Origin: Clostridia bacterium
Lineage (GTDB): Bacteria > Bacillota > Clostridia > UMGS1883 > UMGS1540
Direction of reading: 5' to 3'
Assembly (NCBI GenBank): GCA_045533905.1
Contig: JAZSIR010000003.1
Location: 64,001 to 128,000 of the forward strand
Length of the DNA: 64,000 nt
Shown: positions 40,198-48,752 of the stretch, in pieces
Layout: the number at the start of each line of letters is the position of its first letter
How positions within the stretch are numbered: position 1 is the first letter of the stretch
Notes under the pieces: generated by a model
Seen by the model: only the letters and a program-made list of their open reading frames with translations
The model's database searches: none
Told to the model about the DNA's origin: nothing
Made by a program: the position numbers and the translations under genes

Positions 40198-41166
40198 ATG
40201 ATTCGCATCGGTATTTACGGATACGGAAATTTAGGGCGTGGCGTGGAAAGCGCCATCTCGCAAAATCCCGACATGGAGCTCGTCGGCATTTTCACGCGGC
40301 GTAACCCCGAGAGTGTAAAGGCAAACGCGCCCGTATATCGGGCGGAGGACGCCCTTTCCATGCAGGATAAAATTGACGTTATGATTCTCTGCGGCGGCAG
40401 TGCCACGGATTTGCCCGTGCAAACGCCCGCACTCGCGGAGCACTTTAATGTGGTGGATAGCTTTGACACACATGCCAAAATCCCGCAGCATTTTGAAAAT
40501 GTGGATGCGGCCGCGAAAAAGGGCGGACATGTCGGCATTATTTCCGTCGGCTGGGATCCCGGTATGTTCTCCGTAAACCGCCTTTTCGGCGGTGCTATTT
40601 TGCCCGAGGGCGCGGACTATACGTTCTGGGGCAAGGGCGTAAGCCAAGGGCATTCCGATGCGATTCGCCGCATCGAAGGCGTGCTCGATGCGCGCCAGTA
40701 TACGGTGCCGGTTCCCGCGGCGCTCGAAAGAGTGCGAAGCGGCGAAAACCCTGTGCTTTCCGTGCGCGAAAAGCACACGCGCGAATGTTTTGTAGTTGCC
40801 GAAGAGGGTGCAGACACGGCTCGCATTGAAAAAGAAATCTGCGAAATGCCGAACTATTTTGCCGATTACGATACGACCGTGCACTTCATTTCGAAAGAAG
40901 AGCTTCTCGAAAAGCACAGCGGTCTTCCGCACGGCGGCATGGTGATTCGCACGGGCAAAACGGGCGACGGCGCCGCGCACACAATAGAATACCGCCTCAC
41001 GCTCGAGTCAAACCCTGCCTTTACCTCGTCTGTCCTTTGCGCGTATGCACGCGCGGCGTACAGACTGCAGAAAGAGGGCGTCGCGGGCTGCAAAACGGTT
41101 CTTGACGTAGCCCCTTCCTATATTCATATTGAAGAGCCTGCGGCGCTTTGCAAAAAGCTTTTATAA
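40198..41166 (+). CDS. ddh: meso-diaminopimelate D-dehydrogenase
   Basis: GYGNLG, CGGSATD, VDSFDTH, GWDPG, TFWGKGVSQGHS, HGG. Confidence 0.95.
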   Translation: MIRIGIYGYGNLGRGVESAISQNPDMELVGIFTRRNPESVKANAPVYRAEDALSMQDKIDVMILCGGSATDLPVQTPALAEHFNVVDSFDTHAKIPQHFENVDAAAKKGGHVGIISVGWDPGMFSVNRLFGGAILPEGADYTFWGKGVSQGHSDAIRRIEGVLDARQYTVPVPAALERVRSGENPVLSVREKHTRECFVVAEEGADTARIEKEICEMPNYFADYDTTVHFISKEELLEKHSGLPHGGMVIRTGKTGDGAAHTIEYRLTLESNPAFTSSVLCAYARAAYRLQKEGVAGCKTVLDVAPSYIHIEEPAALCKKLL

Positions 41167-41181
41167 GGGGAGAGTGCGAAT

Positions 41182-42246
41182 ATGAATACCAGCATAAAAA
41201 ACGGGATGCCTATGTATGACGTAAACGGGAATCGCATGCACGTCCAATTTCCGCATATCATTTTTCATAATGATAAGTATTATCTGTATGGAAGCAACAA
41301 GGAATTTTCGGATGGCAAAAGCGGCATCTGGCATTGGGGCATACGGATGTATGTGTCAGAGGATTTATATAATTGGGAGGATGTAGGGAGTATCCTTCCG
41401 CCGGACGAGGCGGATACTGAGTCCCCGTTATATCCTCGGGCAACGATGGATGCACCGTGTATCGTTTATAATGCAAAAACCGATACATGGGTGTGCTGGG
41501 TGATTCATATGAGCAAGCAAATGGCGTTTACCTTTGTGTCGGATTCCTTGTTTGGTCCTTACAAAAGAACCGGCGAAGGATTTTTCCCTTGTGGCTTTCA
41601 AATCGGAGATTATGATTTGGCCACAACGGAGGACGGCAAAGGATATATCTATTTCAATCATCCGCACAAGGAAATTGTTTGCGCGGAGCTTACGCCTGAT
41701 TTCACCTCGGTCACCGGAAAATATACTACGATGTTAGAACATCCGGAAAGTGTTCCGTTTTCGAGAGAAGCGCCTGCGTATTTCTGCAGAGAAGGGAAAC
41801 ACTATCTGATCACCTCCGGCACCACGTCCTTTTTCCCGAATCCCTCGGAAATTGCGGCCGGAGAGCGCCACATGGGCGAATATGTGACGCTTGGAAATCC
41901 GCACGTCGGCGATGAAACGAACACTTCTTTCCATACGCAAATCCGCAGTGTTTTCAAACACCCCAAAAAGAAGGACTTGTACATCGCGTTGGCAGACAGG
42001 TGGCTGCCGGAGTATATGCATGTTACGTACGAAAGTGCCAGAGATTGGCATTATATTTGGTACCACGACAAAACACCGGAAAATCTGGAACTCGTCCGGA
42101 AACAGGGTGAAGAGTATAATATTATTCAAGGCTGTATGCAGCAGGATATTACGCGCGCCGAGTGTGTCTTCTTGCCGATAGTGTTTGATGAAGAAATGCC
42201 GAAGATTTACTGGCGCGATGAATGGAAAATAGAAGCATTTGCGTAA
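41182..42246 (+). CDS. GH43 glycoside hydrolase (GH43_24-like)
   Basis: YYLYG, SEDLYNW, REAPA, TSGT..FPNP, FHTQ, YIALADRW. Confidence 0.8.
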   Translation: MNTSIKNGMPMYDVNGNRMHVQFPHIIFHNDKYYLYGSNKEFSDGKSGIWHWGIRMYVSEDLYNWEDVGSILPPDEADTESPLYPRATMDAPCIVYNAKTDTWVCWVIHMSKQMAFTFVSDSLFGPYKRTGEGFFPCGFQIGDYDLATTEDGKGYIYFNHPHKEIVCAELTPDFTSVTGKYTTMLEHPESVPFSREAPAYFCREGKHYLITSGTTSFFPNPSEIAAGERHMGEYVTLGNPHVGDETNTSFHTQIRSVFKHPKKKDLYIALADRWLPEYMHVTYESARDWHYIWYHDKTPENLELVRKQGEEYNIIQGCMQQDITRAECVFLPIVFDEEMPKIYWRDEWKIEAFA

Positions 42247-42311
42247 ATTTTGCCATCTCTGCCCACCTATGCGGAAAACGGCAAAATCCGCAGCACAAAG
42301 AGATGAACGAT

Positions 42312-42347
42312 AAAAAGGGATGTAAAACTTGTTTTTACATCCCTTTT
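42312..42347. terminator. Terminator-like palindrome related to 22137-22175
   Basis: AAAAGGGATGTAAAA-CTTGT-TTTTACATCCCTTTT. Confidence 0.7.
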
Positions 42348-42390
42348 GTGGTATACTGAGAAAAACCGTTATTATAAAGGAGATATTCAA

Positions 42391-43638
42391 ATGGCGCTGC
42401 ATATTTTGGAAGAGGCAAACCGCTGCCTCTTATGCAAAAATCCATCCTGCCAAAAGGGTTGCCCGATTGCTACGCCCATTCCGGAAGTCATCGGGCTTTT
42501 AAGAAAGAATCGTCTGGATGAAGCGGGCCAGCTTTTGTTTGAAAACAATCCGCTGACTACGGTATGCAGTCTCGTTTGTGACCATAAAAAGCAGTGCGAA
42601 GGGCATTGCGTACTGAACAAAACCGGCTCTCCGGTGCACTTTTCGGGGATTGAAGGGTATATCTCGGGCGCGTATGCACCGAAAATGACGACGGGGCCGG
42701 CAAAATCCAACGGGCGGAGAGTGGCGATTGTGGGCTCGGGACCGGCAGGTCTCACCATTGCCATCATTCTCGCACGCTACGGGTATCAGGTCACCATTTT
42801 TGAAGGCAAAGATAAAATCGGCGGCGTGTTACGGTACGGCATCCCCGAGTTTCGGCTTCCGAAAAGCGTGCTGGATGATCTTCAGTACCGCCACATAGAG
42901 CTCAAGGGCATTAAAATCCGCCCGAATATCCGTATCGGCGATGCAATCAGTATTGAAGATTTGTTCCGCGATGGGTATAAGGCCATTTTTATCGGCACAG
43001 GCGTATGGCGTCCAAGAACCCTGCATATTAAGGGCGAAACCTTTGGGAATGTGCATTTTGCAATCAATTATTTAAATAACCCGAGCGTGTACAAGCTTGG
43101 GAAACGTGTTACGATTATAGGCGCCGGCAATGCCGCAATGGATGTGGCCCGCACGGCCGTTCGAAATGGTAGCAGAGAGGTTACGTGCTTTTCTCTTGAC
43201 AAAACGGTCGCGGCGAGCGAGTATGAATTTGCGTATGCAAAGCTGGAGGGCGTACATTTCAGATATAATCTAAAGCCTGTAGAGATTCTCGATGATGGTG
43301 TGATTTTTAGAGAGGTCATCGAAAAAGAGGATGGCACACTGGAAGAAATAGAGGGAAGCGATAAAGTGTACCCTTCTGATTCTGTCATTATTGCCATTAG
43401 CCAAGGCCCGCGAAACGTCATCGTGTCCACAACCACGGGCCTTAAAGTGAGTCAAAACGGTCTTTTGGAGGCCGACGAATTCGGCAATACAAGCCGCCCG
43501 GGAATCTTCGGTTCGGGCGACGTGGTAAACGGTTCGCGCACCGTTGTGGAAGCGGTTGCACATAGTAAAATCGTAGCTGAAACGATGCATCGGTATCTGC
43601 AAGGGCTAAAAAATGATTTTTACAAGCTCGATATTTAG
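42391..43638 (+). CDS. GltD/NfnB-like NAD(P)-dependent Fe-S flavoprotein (stand-alone)
   Basis: EANRCLLC..CQKGCP, VCSLVC..QCEGHC, GSGPAG, YGIPEFRLPK, GAGNAAMD. Confidence 0.85.
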   Translation: MALHILEEANRCLLCKNPSCQKGCPIATPIPEVIGLLRKNRLDEAGQLLFENNPLTTVCSLVCDHKKQCEGHCVLNKTGSPVHFSGIEGYISGAYAPKMTTGPAKSNGRRVAIVGSGPAGLTIAIILARYGYQVTIFEGKDKIGGVLRYGIPEFRLPKSVLDDLQYRHIELKGIKIRPNIRIGDAISIEDLFRDGYKAIFIGTGVWRPRTLHIKGETFGNVHFAINYLNNPSVYKLGKRVTIIGAGNAAMDVARTAVRNGSREVTCFSLDKTVAASEYEFAYAKLEGVHFRYNLKPVEILDDGVIFREVIEKEDGTLEEIEGSDKVYPSDSVIIAISQGPRNVIVSTTTGLKVSQNGLLEADEFGNTSRPGIFGSGDVVNGSRTVVEAVAHSKIVAETMHRYLQGLKNDFYKLDI

Positions 43639-43696
43639 TCCTAACTTGATGCGAGCATAAAATAAACTTAATTAGAAAAATAAAAGGAGAATTGAA

Positions 43697-45379
43697 ATGA
43701 AAAAAAGAATTTACATTGACTTAATGGAACGTGTAATGTCTGCATATACCGATGAGCGTATTGCGAAATACACCGAAAACGTAATAAAAAACGGACTTGA
43801 GGAACATGGGTACCCTCGACTTACAGCGAATCTTGGGATTTTAATTGCTCACGGCAGGAAAACAAAGTATAAAGACGAGTTTCGCAAAATGATGGATTTG
43901 TGTTGCAGAGAAATCCCCACTGCTTTGGGCAGAAATGGGGGGAGAGTGGGTAATGATTTTTCTGTAAAAGAGCTTGTCTTTTGCTTACTTGAAATTGAAA
44001 AAGCAGGTATTTTTGATAAATCAGTTACAGATGGCTGGCGAAATGAATTAGCAAAAATAAATCCATACGAAACATATTCTGTTATTGCATCTGTGCCACC
44101 TGAACGCATCAATAACTGGGCGGCTTTTGGAGCTGCCAGCGAACAGGTGAGAAAATATGCCGGCATAGGTGACGAAAGTTCGTTTATTGAAAATCAGATT
44201 AAATCTCAGTTTTTCTCATTTGATGAAAATGGAATGTACCGCGATCCTAATGAACCGATGGTATACGATACTGTAACCCGTTTGCAACTAGCGTTAACGC
44301 TTTATTTTGGATTTGATGGCGAGAGCAAAGAAAAACTTGAAAAAGAATTGCTCAAATCTGCGGATATGACGCTTAATATGCAGTCAGTGACAGGAGAAAT
44401 TCCTTTTGGTGGTCGCAGTGCTCAGTTTTTACATAATGAGGCGCATTTTGCGGCGCTTTGTGAATTCTATGCAGACCTTTTTGGGAAATGTGGCGATTTA
44501 AATAAAGCAGGTCAGTTTAAAAGTGCGGCAAGAATTGCACTTGAAAGTATTACTTACTGGCTAAAAATGAAGAAAATTTATCATGTGAAAAATTACTACG
44601 ATAATGACAGTATGTATGGATGTGAAGAATATTCATATTTTGATAAATATATGGTAACTGCAAGTTCTATGCTTTATGCAGGATATATTATGGCAGATGA
44701 CAATGTTGATGAAGTGGATTGCCCGGCAATATCTGAAAACGCCATCTGTGAAACGAGTGAATATTTTCACAAGGTGATGTGCAGATATAAGGATTATTTC
44801 GTTGAGTTTGAAACAATGGCAGACCATCATTATGATGCGAGTGGAATTGGCAGAATACATAAAAGGGGTGTACCTTCGGCAATTTGCCTGTCAGTACCAT
44901 TCAGTGAACACCCCAACTATGAGATTGATATAGAAAATCCGTCACATTTTTCTGTTTGTACCGGGATAAAAACGGGTGACGGATATGCTTATACTTTTGA
45001 TGCGTCGACCAAGTATAAGCTTGTTGAAAAGATGGTTAACGATGAATGTGTTCAGGTGAAATTTGAATGTGAAACACGTGACGGAGCCAAGGTTTTTCAG
45101 ACATGTATTCTTTCAGATGACGGTGTTGAAGTTCGTGCATCAGGAAACGGCGATGTGAGAATTTTGTTTGTGTTATTTGATTATGATGGAGAACAAGAAA
45201 CAAAAATTTCTGTGTCTGAAAAAAGTGCCATTGTGTCATATAAAGGAAGCCGATGTGTTTATTCTACAAATGGCGTTATAACAGATATGAATCGGATGTA
45301 CGCAAATCGAAATGGACACTACAGAGCTATGGCAACGAATGGTAAAGATAGTGTTTCTTTGAAAATAGAGATGTTTTAA
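43697..45379 (+). CDS. Hypothetical protein, possibly an alpha/alpha-toroid carbohydrate-active enzyme (cassette 1)
   Basis: AAGGAG RBS; NNW, G.YRDP..P.VYD and GGRS motifs reminiscent of heparinase/DUF2264-like folds; AT-rich codon usage. Confidence 0.5.
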   Translation: MKKRIYIDLMERVMSAYTDERIAKYTENVIKNGLEEHGYPRLTANLGILIAHGRKTKYKDEFRKMMDLCCREIPTALGRNGGRVGNDFSVKELVFCLLEIEKAGIFDKSVTDGWRNELAKINPYETYSVIASVPPERINNWAAFGAASEQVRKYAGIGDESSFIENQIKSQFFSFDENGMYRDPNEPMVYDTVTRLQLALTLYFGFDGESKEKLEKELLKSADMTLNMQSVTGEIPFGGRSAQFLHNEAHFAALCEFYADLFGKCGDLNKAGQFKSAARIALESITYWLKMKKIYHVKNYYDNDSMYGCEEYSYFDKYMVTASSMLYAGYIMADDNVDEVDCPAISENAICETSEYFHKVMCRYKDYFVEFETMADHHYDASGIGRIHKRGVPSAICLSVPFSEHPNYEIDIENPSHFSVCTGIKTGDGYAYTFDASTKYKLVEKMVNDECVQVKFECETRDGAKVFQTCILSDDGVEVRASGNGDVRILFVLFDYDGEQETKISVSEKSAIVSYKGSRCVYSTNGVITDMNRMYANRNGHYRAMATNGKDSVSLKIEMF

Positions 45380-45431
45380 AATGGAGATATGTTTTTGACG
45401 TTGATTGGCACAGGCTATCACCAAAAGAAGT

Positions 45432-45456
45432 TGCATCTAAACCTTATGTGTCGCAA
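45432..45456 (+). repeat. 25-bp inter-gene direct repeat TGCATCTAAACCTTATGTGTCGCAA, copy 1
   Basis: Identical to 46178-46202. Confidence 0.9.
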
Positions 45457-45497
45457 TTAATAGATGTCGAATTTTGTTGTTAAAAGGAGATGAAATT

Positions 45498-46133
45498 GTG
45501 TTTTGTAATGAGATTGTAGAGGAAGTATTTGAATGTATGCCAGAATATGATGACGACAGCGTAAATTGGTTTTTTGACTGTTATCATGATATGGCACTGC
45601 ATTTAACAAAAGGGTACAGAATTATATTAAAAACCAAATCTTATTTCATTTGTATCGGATATGACGGAGTTAAGATTGTACCTAATACAGAGAATGTTGT
45701 ATTTGCCGGAGAGTATATGGAATCGTGCATACATATAATTGACGAAAATGAAGAGCCTTGGATTGATTATGAAAGCACATTGTTTGTCGGAGAGCAACTT
45801 GTTGATGTAAAAAAAGGAAATGGTTGTTATATATTAACCTTTAATGATTTTGAATTAAAAATAATGCCCCACGATAATCCAGACGAAATAGAAGGACTTT
45901 ATCAAGAAAGCCACTGGTCGTATAATTATGTTTATGGTTTAGATAGATTGTTAACAAGAAAATGTAATTGTGGAGGGACAGGAGAAGTTTTATTGGATTT
46001 CGTTTCTGATTATGTTATTAGATGCAATAAGTGCAAAAAATCAACTTATGCAGAAATGATGGTTGTAAATGCTATAGATAATTGGAACAGAGGGGAAAAC
46101 CCTTGCGATTTATCTGATATTGAAATCGAATGA
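45498..46133 (+). CDS. Hypothetical protein with C-terminal Lar-like zinc finger (cassette 2)
   Basis: GTG start after AAGGAG; KCNCGG...IRCNKC....AIDNWN. Confidence 0.6.
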   Translation: MFCNEIVEEVFECMPEYDDDSVNWFFDCYHDMALHLTKGYRIILKTKSYFICIGYDGVKIVPNTENVVFAGEYMESCIHIIDENEEPWIDYESTLFVGEQLVDVKKGNGCYILTFNDFELKIMPHDNPDEIEGLYQESHWSYNYVYGLDRLLTRKCNCGGTGEVLLDFVSDYVIRCNKCKKSTYAEMMVVNAIDNWNRGENPCDLSDIEIE

Positions 46134-46177
46134 CTCTTTATTCATGACTTGGTGCGTGCAACTCTTGAAGAAAGTTC

Positions 46178-46202
46178 TGCATCTAAACCTTATGTGTCGC
46201 AA
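46178..46202 (+). repeat. 25-bp inter-gene direct repeat, copy 2
   Basis: Identical to 45432-45456. Confidence 0.9.
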
Positions 46203-46265
46203 GTAGTTGGCGTATAAAGAATATTATTTTATAATTCATTTCATAAATTATTTGAGGATAAAAAA

Positions 46266-46973
46266 ATGTTAATTGATTTGCATGCACATACTGCAGGAAT
46301 AAGCAAGTGTTGCCGTTATACAGCTTCAAAAGTTTTAGAAAGCGTATATGAGGCAGGGATTGACGGGATAGTTCTTACGAATCATTATCAAAAAAGTTAT
46401 ATTGATAATGAAAAAATAAATAGTTTTATAGATAAATATATAGAAGAATTCTATTTTACACAAGCACTTGGCGAGCAATTAGGACTAAAAGTTTTTTGGG
46501 GAATTGAGGTTACGATGGAACTCTATCCTCATGTGCATATGTTGATTTATGGTGTTAATACGGACTTTCTTAAGAGTCATCCGTTAGTATTTGATTATAC
46601 TCAAAAGGATTTATATACCGCAGTTAAAGATAATAATGGAGTGCTTATACAGGCACATCCTTTTAGAAATGGTACAACCATTTTGGATGTGGACTTCTTA
46701 GATGGTGTTGAAATTAACTGTCATCCGCTATATAACAATTCGTATTCGCAGGAAATATTCAACATCGCAAATGAAAACAGGCTGGCTGTGACTTGTGGTG
46801 GAGATTTTCACGCGGATACTTACCGACCTAAGTGCGGAATGTACTTGCCTGACAACATCGTCAACAGTTGCGAGTTGGGTAAATATATTGAAAATGCCAA
46901 AAAAGTTAGTTTGTGTATGCATGAACCAAATGCAACTATGTGTCAAAAAATTGATTTTTATAGAGAATTATAA
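46266..46973 (+). CDS. PHP-domain metal-dependent phosphoesterase (cassette 3)
   Basis: IDLHAHT, LTNH, GIE, QAHPFR, GGDFH. Confidence 0.85.
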   Translation: MLIDLHAHTAGISKCCRYTASKVLESVYEAGIDGIVLTNHYQKSYIDNEKINSFIDKYIEEFYFTQALGEQLGLKVFWGIEVTMELYPHVHMLIYGVNTDFLKSHPLVFDYTQKDLYTAVKDNNGVLIQAHPFRNGTTILDVDFLDGVEINCHPLYNNSYSQEIFNIANENRLAVTCGGDFHADTYRPKCGMYLPDNIVNSCELGKYIENAKKVSLCMHEPNATMCQKIDFYREL

Positions 46974-46975
46974 TA

Positions 46976-47015
46976 TGCATCTAAACCGTCTGTCCTATAT
47001 ATGCGGTTGATGCGA
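46976..47015 (+). repeat. Partial repeat copy 3 (TGCATCTAAACC) paired with GGTTGATGC; right border of the AT-rich insert
   Basis: 12-bp identity to the 25-mer; TTGATGCGA at 47007-47015 also occurs at the left border 43646-43654. Confidence 0.7.
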
Positions 47016-47092
47016 AACTGCAGCGATATACATTTCTGACGGGCTTTGTGACATACCCGTTAGGATCAGAATGAAAAGGAAGAGGAGGATTT

Positions 47093-47827
47093 ATGGAAGA
47101 AAGAACAGAGCGCATCCTGTGGATAGACGAGCTTCGCGGCTTTGCCATCTGCGTGATGATTCTCCATCATATTGCTTTCAATAGTATTTATTTTCTGGAG
47201 CTTCCGATAGCGTGGCTTTCCTCCTTTCTGGAAAGTGGCGCCTTCCGCGCGCTGCACCTTCTTTTTCTCGCTGTCTTTTTGGGGCTTTCGGGCGTTTGCT
47301 CACACTTTTCGTGCCACCCCTACAAACGGGCGGGGCGCGTATTTCTTGCAGCCCTCGCCGTGACGGCGGTCACCTGTATCGCCTATCCCGAGGAGGCTAT
47401 ATGGTTCGGCATTTTGCATCTGCTCGCGTTTTCGATGCTTCTCGCCGCGGCGCTTGGAAAATACGGGAAGAAGGTGTCGCCCGTATGGGGCATTACGCTC
47501 TCGCTCCTTCTTTTTATGCTGACCTATCGCGTGCCGGACGGCTTTCTTCTTTCGTTTCCGCTCCCGGCGGCGCTTTACCAAAGCGAATTTCTGGTGCCGC
47601 TCGGATTTGCACCCGTGTCTTTCGCGAGCCTTGATTATGACCCCATTCTGCCGTACTTTTTTCTTTTTGCGGCAGGCTTTTTCCTCGGCAACCTTCGCCT
47701 GCCCAAAGGGGGCGGCCGTTTCTCATTCTTCGGATTTTGCGGGCGGCACAGCCTTTTGGTGTATCTTTTGCACCAGCCGGTTGTTTTCGGTTTGTTTTTT
47801 CTGCTTACAAAAATCTTTGTGAGGTGA
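47093..47827 (+). CDS. DUF1624 / HGSNAT-like membrane acyltransferase
   Basis: RILWIDELRG, IWFGILH, SLDY.PILP, GRHSLLVYLLHQP. Confidence 0.85.
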   Translation: MEERTERILWIDELRGFAICVMILHHIAFNSIYFLELPIAWLSSFLESGAFRALHLLFLAVFLGLSGVCSHFSCHPYKRAGRVFLAALAVTAVTCIAYPEEAIWFGILHLLAFSMLLAAALGKYGKKVSPVWGITLSLLLFMLTYRVPDGFLLSFPLPAALYQSEFLVPLGFAPVSFASLDYDPILPYFFLFAAGFFLGNLRLPKGGGRFSFFGFCGRHSLLVYLLHQPVVFGLFFLLTKIFVR

Positions 47828-47831
47828 CGTT

Positions 47832-48611
47832 ATGCTCTGGTACCGTATGAAAACCGTTTTGATTTTTTTGTTTATCGCGATTAATATTTTCCTTCTGGGC
47901 CTTCTCGGTGCGGAACAAATGTCCGCACGGCGGGCGGAGAAAGAAAAGGCCGTTGCGGCTGTGGAAATGCTTGCAAAAAACGGCATCATTGTGGAGGCAG
48001 AGGTGCCCACGGTAAGGCGGCGGCTCGGCACGCTTACGCTTCAGAATCCGAAAGCCGATGCGGAAAATTTCGCGGCCGGCATTTTGGGCGGCCGCGCCGT
48101 GCAGATGGGCGAGGCTTTCCGCCGCGAGGGACGGGAGCTTACCTTTCTCGAACGCGGCTTTTCGTATGAAAGCGGTGCCACGCGCACGGAAGCTGCGCGC
48201 GGGAGCATCCGCGAGATGGAAAGCTGTCTTTCTGAAATGGGCTTTTCTATGGAATATGCCGTTGGCACCACAGAAAACGGCGCGGTAGTATTCCGGCAGG
48301 AGATCGACGGCGTGCGCCTTCTCGATATGCACCTTTCGGTATATCCTGCGGCCGACGGAACGATTGCGGCGATGGAAGGCGTGTGGCCCGGTGTGGCAGA
48401 AATCGCCGGGGAAAAGGCGTATATCAAAAGCGCGACCGATGCCCTTCTGACATTTCTCCGGGAAGCGACCGGCGCGCAGACGGTAACGGACATCACGCTC
48501 GGCTACGCCATCGGCATTTCGGAAAACGGCTATCGCACGGCCGACGCCGTTCCCGTATGGGTGATTGAAACGGCAGACGGCGGCCGTTTCACCTACGATG
48601 CCCGCCAATGA
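47832..48611 (+). CDS. YycI-like two-component regulatory protein
   Basis: W.RMKTVLIFLFIAINIFL N-terminal anchor; LGY...AVPVWVI. Confidence 0.65.
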   Translation: MLWYRMKTVLIFLFIAINIFLLGLLGAEQMSARRAEKEKAVAAVEMLAKNGIIVEAEVPTVRRRLGTLTLQNPKADAENFAAGILGGRAVQMGEAFRREGRELTFLERGFSYESGATRTEAARGSIREMESCLSEMGFSMEYAVGTTENGAVVFRQEIDGVRLLDMHLSVYPAADGTIAAMEGVWPGVAEIAGEKAYIKSATDALLTFLREATGAQTVTDITLGYAIGISENGYRTADAVPVWVIETADGGRFTYDARQ

Positions 48612-48752
48612 TTTGTGCATTATAGACAAAAAAATAAAAAAATAATTGTATATTATAGGCATTTCGCAAAACTTCTTTTTATATTATAATAAATATATCG
48701 GGTTTTATCTATGAATATACCGAGAAGATTATTATATAAGGAGGAAACGGAA

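Noticed and set aside
45432-46987. CRISPR array
   Set aside because: Repeats are 750-800 bp apart and separated by whole genes; no cas genes
43642-47015. Canonical integron with attC sites
   Set aside because: No IntI and no clear RYYYAAC...GTTRRRY palindromes; reported instead as a non-canonical array
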